A stretch of DNA of 64,000 bases from an uncultured bacterium (GTDB lineage: Bacteria; Oederibacteriota; PGYV01; CAWJRG01). Under the pieces are notes generated by a model. It did not search any database. It had not been told where the DNA came from and saw nothing but the letters and a program-made list of their open reading frames with translations. Within the stretch, counting starts at the first letter, position 1. Each line of letters begins with the position of its first letter. This document shows positions 60,253 through 64,000 of the stretch, in pieces. A program made the position numbers and the translations under genes. Where the stretch lies: assembly GCA_963845185.1 (NCBI GenBank), contig CAWJRG010000009.1, positions 256,001 through 320,000 of the forward strand, read 5' to 3'.

Positions 60253-61892
60253 AAAAGGGCTAAAAGTATTATATAATAAGGTAAATAAAAGTTTTTGAGC
60301 TGTAAAAAGGAGGACACCTAATGGGTGAAGCGAAAAAACACTGTTTTAAATTCAGTTTTACTGACAAAGTAAAAGCATATTTTAAGGGTTCTGAAATTAC
60401 GTCGGACGGTGGATTAATTGCTATTCGAGAACTTGATGAAAAAATGGGTCTGACTATTTTGGCTGAAAAACACCTGACTGATAAAAGAAACGGAAGAAAT
60501 ATTCAACATGACTTAACCGAACTTTTACGACAATCCATATATAGCCGTTTGGCGGGCTACGAAGATGTAAATGATGCCAAGCAACTAAGGAACGACCCTT
60601 CTTTAAGGGCAGTACTTGGTGACCGGGCATTACAGAGAAATGGCAGCAGTGAGGCCACTGTTGGAAAATTCGAAACAGAAATACTCACCGAAGGAAATAA
60701 CCTGGAAAAACTCGATGAGATGTTAATGAATTGGATAGGCAAAGCGGATAAGATTAGGGGCGTTAAAAAAATAGTGCTTGATTTGGATTCGTCCGAAAGC
60801 CCGGTATATGGTGAACAGGAAGGAAGCGCTTATAACGGTTATTTCGGATCAAAATGTTATCACCCCCTTTTCTGTTTCAATCAATTTGGAGATTGTCTTA
60901 AGGCAAAATTAAGACCGGGTAATGTCCATAGCGCCGATGCGTGGTTGGAGTTTATCGAACCCGTTTTAAGAAATTATATCAGCAAAGGGTTTAAAGTCAC
61001 CTTCCGTGCAGACGCGGCTTTTGGGATACCGGAATTATATGAACTCTGCGAAGAACTTGGCGTAGAATACGTCATTAGGCTAAGAGAGAATAATTGCCTT
61101 GCAGAAGAGATATCCGGCTTACTGAAAAAGCCCGTCAAAAAAACCGACAAAAAGTTCATCACGCTGTATAAAGATTTTATGTATCGAGCCAAGTCGTGGA
61201 ATAAAAAAAGAAGAGTGATTGCAAAAATAGAATATCACCATGGCGAATTGTTTCCGCGGGTGGGATTTATTATAACAAGTTTAAACTGGCTCGATAAAAA
61301 AGCAGTAAAATTTTATAACAAACGTGGTACTTGCGAACAATGGATCAAGGAGGGAAAACACACGCTGAATTGGACGAAGCTATCCTGCAAGAGATTTAAG
61401 GAGAATGAAGCGAGATTGAAATTATTTATTTTGGCATATAATTCAGGAAATTTCTTACGGACCTGGTTTTACCAAAGAAGATAAAACACTGGTCGTTAAA
61501 AACGATACAGTTAAAGTTGATAAAAATAGGTGGCAGATTAATAAAACATGCCAGGTATTACTGGTTGTTATTGGCCGAGGTTTCTATTACAGCAAAGATA
61601 TTTTCCGGTTTAATGCATAATATTCGGAAATTACGCCCGGCAAGCGGCTGATAGAATTGGCTTGGTAACATGTAACATATTTATAGAGGAGCAAACAAAA
61701 ATGATTGGACAGGCTTGTCTAAAAATATGGAATTGGGAAAGATTAGACCGAAAAATCGGGTAATCGGTATAGTTTGGAGGAAAATATTTCATTGAACCAA
61801 CAGAATAAAAACATTTCTCTTGATTTTGACATCATTTGGAGTAAAATTAATGATGAAAATAGGCTGGTTGATTTTGATATGACGGATACCAG
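60216..61892 (+). mobile_element. IS1380-family insertion sequence
   Basis: Imperfect terminal inverted repeats CCCGCATCCGTTATATCAAATTCA / TGATTTTGATATGACGGATACCAG around an IS1380-type transposase. Confidence 0.88.
60321..61651 (+). CDS. IS1380-family DDE transposase (1-bp frameshift near 61460; C-terminus continues to 61651)
   Basis: ITSDGGL, GYED.ND, LDLDS, RADAAF, FYNKRGTCEQWIKE; shifted frame LPKKIKHWSLKTIQLKLIKIGGRLIKHARY. Confidence 0.9.
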
Positions 61893-62375
61893 ACAAATAC
61901 TCCAATAGTAGCGGATACATTTACTTTTACGAAAACTCCCACTTATACTCCGACTCGTGGAAGCCTATTCACCCATACTAATACTCCTACAAATTCTTCG
62001 ACGGCGACTGATACGCCATCTTTTACCGCTTCATCTACATTTACTGCTACTCCAATTTTTACCGCTACTCCGACAGTGAACGTTACTCCTCAGTATTTTT
62101 ACAATGACGCAGCCATTATATTTAATAACAACATATTTATTACGTCCGTTACTGGAATGTGGACTATTCCAAATCTATATGGATCAGCCACAGTCGGAAT
62201 GGCTTTTCTTAGAAATGGTCCCAGTGGTTCTTTTGAGGCAACATTAGCTATAGATTCCATGACGGTAACTGTTACCGTGCAAGCTGTGGATGGATCGCCA
62301 ATTAATTGCAGTGGATATCCAGCTGAAGTAGGATTGACGCTCTATAAAGGAAATTCTTTAGCTCCATGGCAATAA
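61893..62375 (+). pseudogene. 5'-truncated gene with Thr/Pro-rich linker and beta-rich C-terminal domain
   Basis: Open frame from the IS right end (TNTPIVADTFTFTKTPTYTPT...TATPT) in frame with ORF 62076-62375. Confidence 0.65.
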
Positions 62376-62376
62376 A

Positions 62377-62405
62377 TGGACAAATTAAGAAGAAAACAGT
62401 ATAAT
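62377..62405 (+). promoter_or_regulatory. sigma70-type promoter of the tail-collar gene
   Basis: TGGACA-17bp-TATAAT; RBS AGGAGG at 62428-62433. Confidence 0.65.
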
Positions 62406-62440
62406 ATAATACTAGACATTAACTTTTAGGAGGAATAATT

Positions 62441-63643
62441 ATGGCGCAAATAAAACCGCTTTTTCAGGATGGAACATACGTAAAAACAAATGATCTTAAC
62501 GCAATTACCACTTATATTGATACAATAGGTGCAATATTGGGAAACTTATTCCAGCCTGGTATTATTGGAGGATTACAGCTTACTGGTGCACCTTACTCGG
62601 GAAGAGTAAATGGGACTATAAGCTGCACTGCTGGGTTTGCAATGTTGAATTCCGGGAAACTGGTGCAATTTAATGCCGGAGATTTATATGTTCAAGCTGT
62701 AACATTTTATAACAACATAAGTTCTTCTGCAGTACCTGTATATGCAATACAAACGGGCACTATAGCCACAGCACAACGCCCAAATCTTGTTGGCCAAATA
62801 CAGACTGTTCAATTTGAAGATGTATTTACATTACAGTTTGGAGGACCTCCTCCAACTACTACTTTGAATTATTTTTTATGGATTACCATTGGCCAGAAAA
62901 TAAGCGGAAGTTTCATAAACCAAAGCGCGCTGCCTTCAACATTTGTGCTTGGATATAATTATGCCTTGAACAGTTTACAACATTTAGGCGGCATACCATC
63001 AACTACTTCACGATATACAGGTCCTTTGCTAGATGGAACAAACGCTATTGTTCCTGGTTCCATTACAAATCAATCACTTGGAGCGGCTTGTGTTACAACT
63101 GCGAATATTGCCCCCCTTGCAGTAACTGCAGCACAGATCGCTAATACTACTTTAACTCCATCTCAAATTGCAGCCGGTTATGGATTGATTCCAACTGGCA
63201 CAATTTTACCTTATGCAGGACTAAATAGCGGTATAAATAGCGGTACAATGTTTGGTCAATTTGTTACAAATGCTGGGTTTGTTTTGTGTGATGGTTCAAC
63301 ATATTCAATAGGAAATCCTGGAGATAAATACTATAATTTATCGCAGGTACTTTTGGGTACAAAGTGGAATCACACAGCTTATTCAGGAGGAAGTCCTCTA
63401 AGTTCTCCAGGAAGTGGTTCTTTTAGAGTTCCGGATCTACGTGGTTTATTTTTGCGTGGAGAAGATATGCTTAGTGGCAGTCCAGCATCAACAAGTGGAC
63501 GCGATTCTATAACTAATGGTGAGATTCCAGGAACATACCATGCAGATGAGATAGCCTCCGAGGGCGTAGGCCCGATGAATCGCGGAGATAAGGTAGAGGT
63601 TGAAGTAGGAGAAATAGGAAGATTGATTAATATAGTGGAATGA
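62441..63643 (+). CDS. Phage tail fibre/tail-collar domain protein fused in frame to the FAH C-terminus
   Basis: IPTGTILPYAG, GFVLCDGS and FRVPDLRGLFLRG collar motifs; last 27 aa are FAH-like. Confidence 0.85.
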   Translation: MAQIKPLFQDGTYVKTNDLNAITTYIDTIGAILGNLFQPGIIGGLQLTGAPYSGRVNGTISCTAGFAMLNSGKLVQFNAGDLYVQAVTFYNNISSSAVPVYAIQTGTIATAQRPNLVGQIQTVQFEDVFTLQFGGPPPTTTLNYFLWITIGQKISGSFINQSALPSTFVLGYNYALNSLQHLGGIPSTTSRYTGPLLDGTNAIVPGSITNQSLGAACVTTANIAPLAVTAAQIANTTLTPSQIAAGYGLIPTGTILPYAGLNSGINSGTMFGQFVTNAGFVLCDGSTYSIGNPGDKYYNLSQVLLGTKWNHTAYSGGSPLSSPGSGSFRVPDLRGLFLRGEDMLSGSPASTSGRDSITNGEIPGTYHADEIASEGVGPMNRGDKVEVEVGEIGRLINIVE

Positions 63644-63665
63644 TTTAAGGCGAGATATAGCCAAT

Positions 63666-63843
63666 CCGCCGACAAAGTTGGCGGTATCCTCTCCCTTGAC
63701 GGGAGAGGATAAAGGTGAGGGTGAAGCAGCAGCAAAACGGCATTAATGGTATAGATGTAAAGTGCCGCTACATCACCCTCATCCCGACCTTCCCCCGTCG
63801 AGGGGGAAGGGGTGTTCTTAAAGCCGCTGATAAAGTTGGCGGT
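63666..63843. repeat. Symmetric cluster of REP-like palindromes
   Basis: CCGCCGAC-AAA-GTTGGCGG at both ends; inverted pair CCTCTCCC..GGGAGAGG..GGTGAGGGTGA / TCACCCTCA..CCTTCCCCC..GGGGGAAGG. Confidence 0.75.
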
Positions 63844-63864
63844 AATTTATTAGGAGGAATGAAA

Positions 63865-64000
63865 ATGAAATATAACGACAGGATTTACAAACTACCGCCG
63901 TATATTTTTATTGAAATGGATAAAAAGAAAAAAGCAGCGCGGGAGGCAGGAAAGGATTTAATTGACCTTGGCATCGGCGATCCTGACAGGCCGACGCCTG
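63865..64000 (+). CDS. dapL: LL-diaminopimelate aminotransferase (5' part, runs off the window)
   Basis: MKYNDRIYKLPPYIF...DLIDLGIGDPDRPTP class I aminotransferase N-terminus; lysine operon context; AGGAGG RBS. Confidence 0.75.
   Translation, partial: MKYNDRIYKLPPYIFIEMDKKKKAAREAGKDLIDLGIGDPDRPTP

Larger units (their letters stand above)
59967..63559. mobile_element. 3.6-kb insertion of phage-like fragments plus IS1380 within the FAH gene
   Basis: Removal restores the in-frame GGC ACT GCC GAG GGC GTA (GTAEGV). Confidence 0.8.

Noticed and set aside
61455..61484. Programmed frameshift in the IS1380 transposase
   Set aside because: IS1380 transposases are single-ORF and adding one C restores the frame. 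Error or inactivating mutation.
1..64000. CRISPR array, rRNA or tRNA genes
   Set aside because: No regularly spaced identical repeats with unique spacers and no recognisable rRNA/tRNA sequence; the tandem repeats found are coding or heptameric.

Overview
Low-GC bacterial chromosomal window. The diderm-type PorV-like and beta-barrel proteins, Thr/Pro-linker secreted proteins and Firmicutes/spirochete-style flagellar gene order suggest a poorly characterised lineage; this is inference only. Left part (1-8 kb): mgtC-like gene, dusB, a GH125 hydrolase, murA, an MCP and two small genes. Middle (8.3-40.3 kb): a near-complete flagellar basal-body/hook/motor/export cluster from flgB to fliA, plus FapA, a second FliK-like gene and an FlhB-C gene. 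Right part: zapA/pheT, a probable IS200/IS605-derived remnant, prfB with its programmed +1 frameshift, a secreted beta-propeller with a PorV-like partner, a B12 radical SAM enzyme, a GT-C glycosyltransferase, an oxidoreductase and a lysine (DapL-pathway) operon. Most notable: (1) the FAH-family gene in the lysine operon is split by a 3.6-kb insertion containing phage-like fragments and an IS1380, creating a tail-collar::FAH fusion with its own predicted promoter; (2) the same GGA-bulged hairpin sits in the leaders of both fliK and flgE, bracketing the uncharacterised TIGR02530-type gene; (3) a dispersed two-module palindromic repeat has one module flipped in one copy. Three single-base frameshifts (fliH, fapA, IS transposase) are probably sequencing errors. 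No rRNA, tRNA or CRISPR array was seen.
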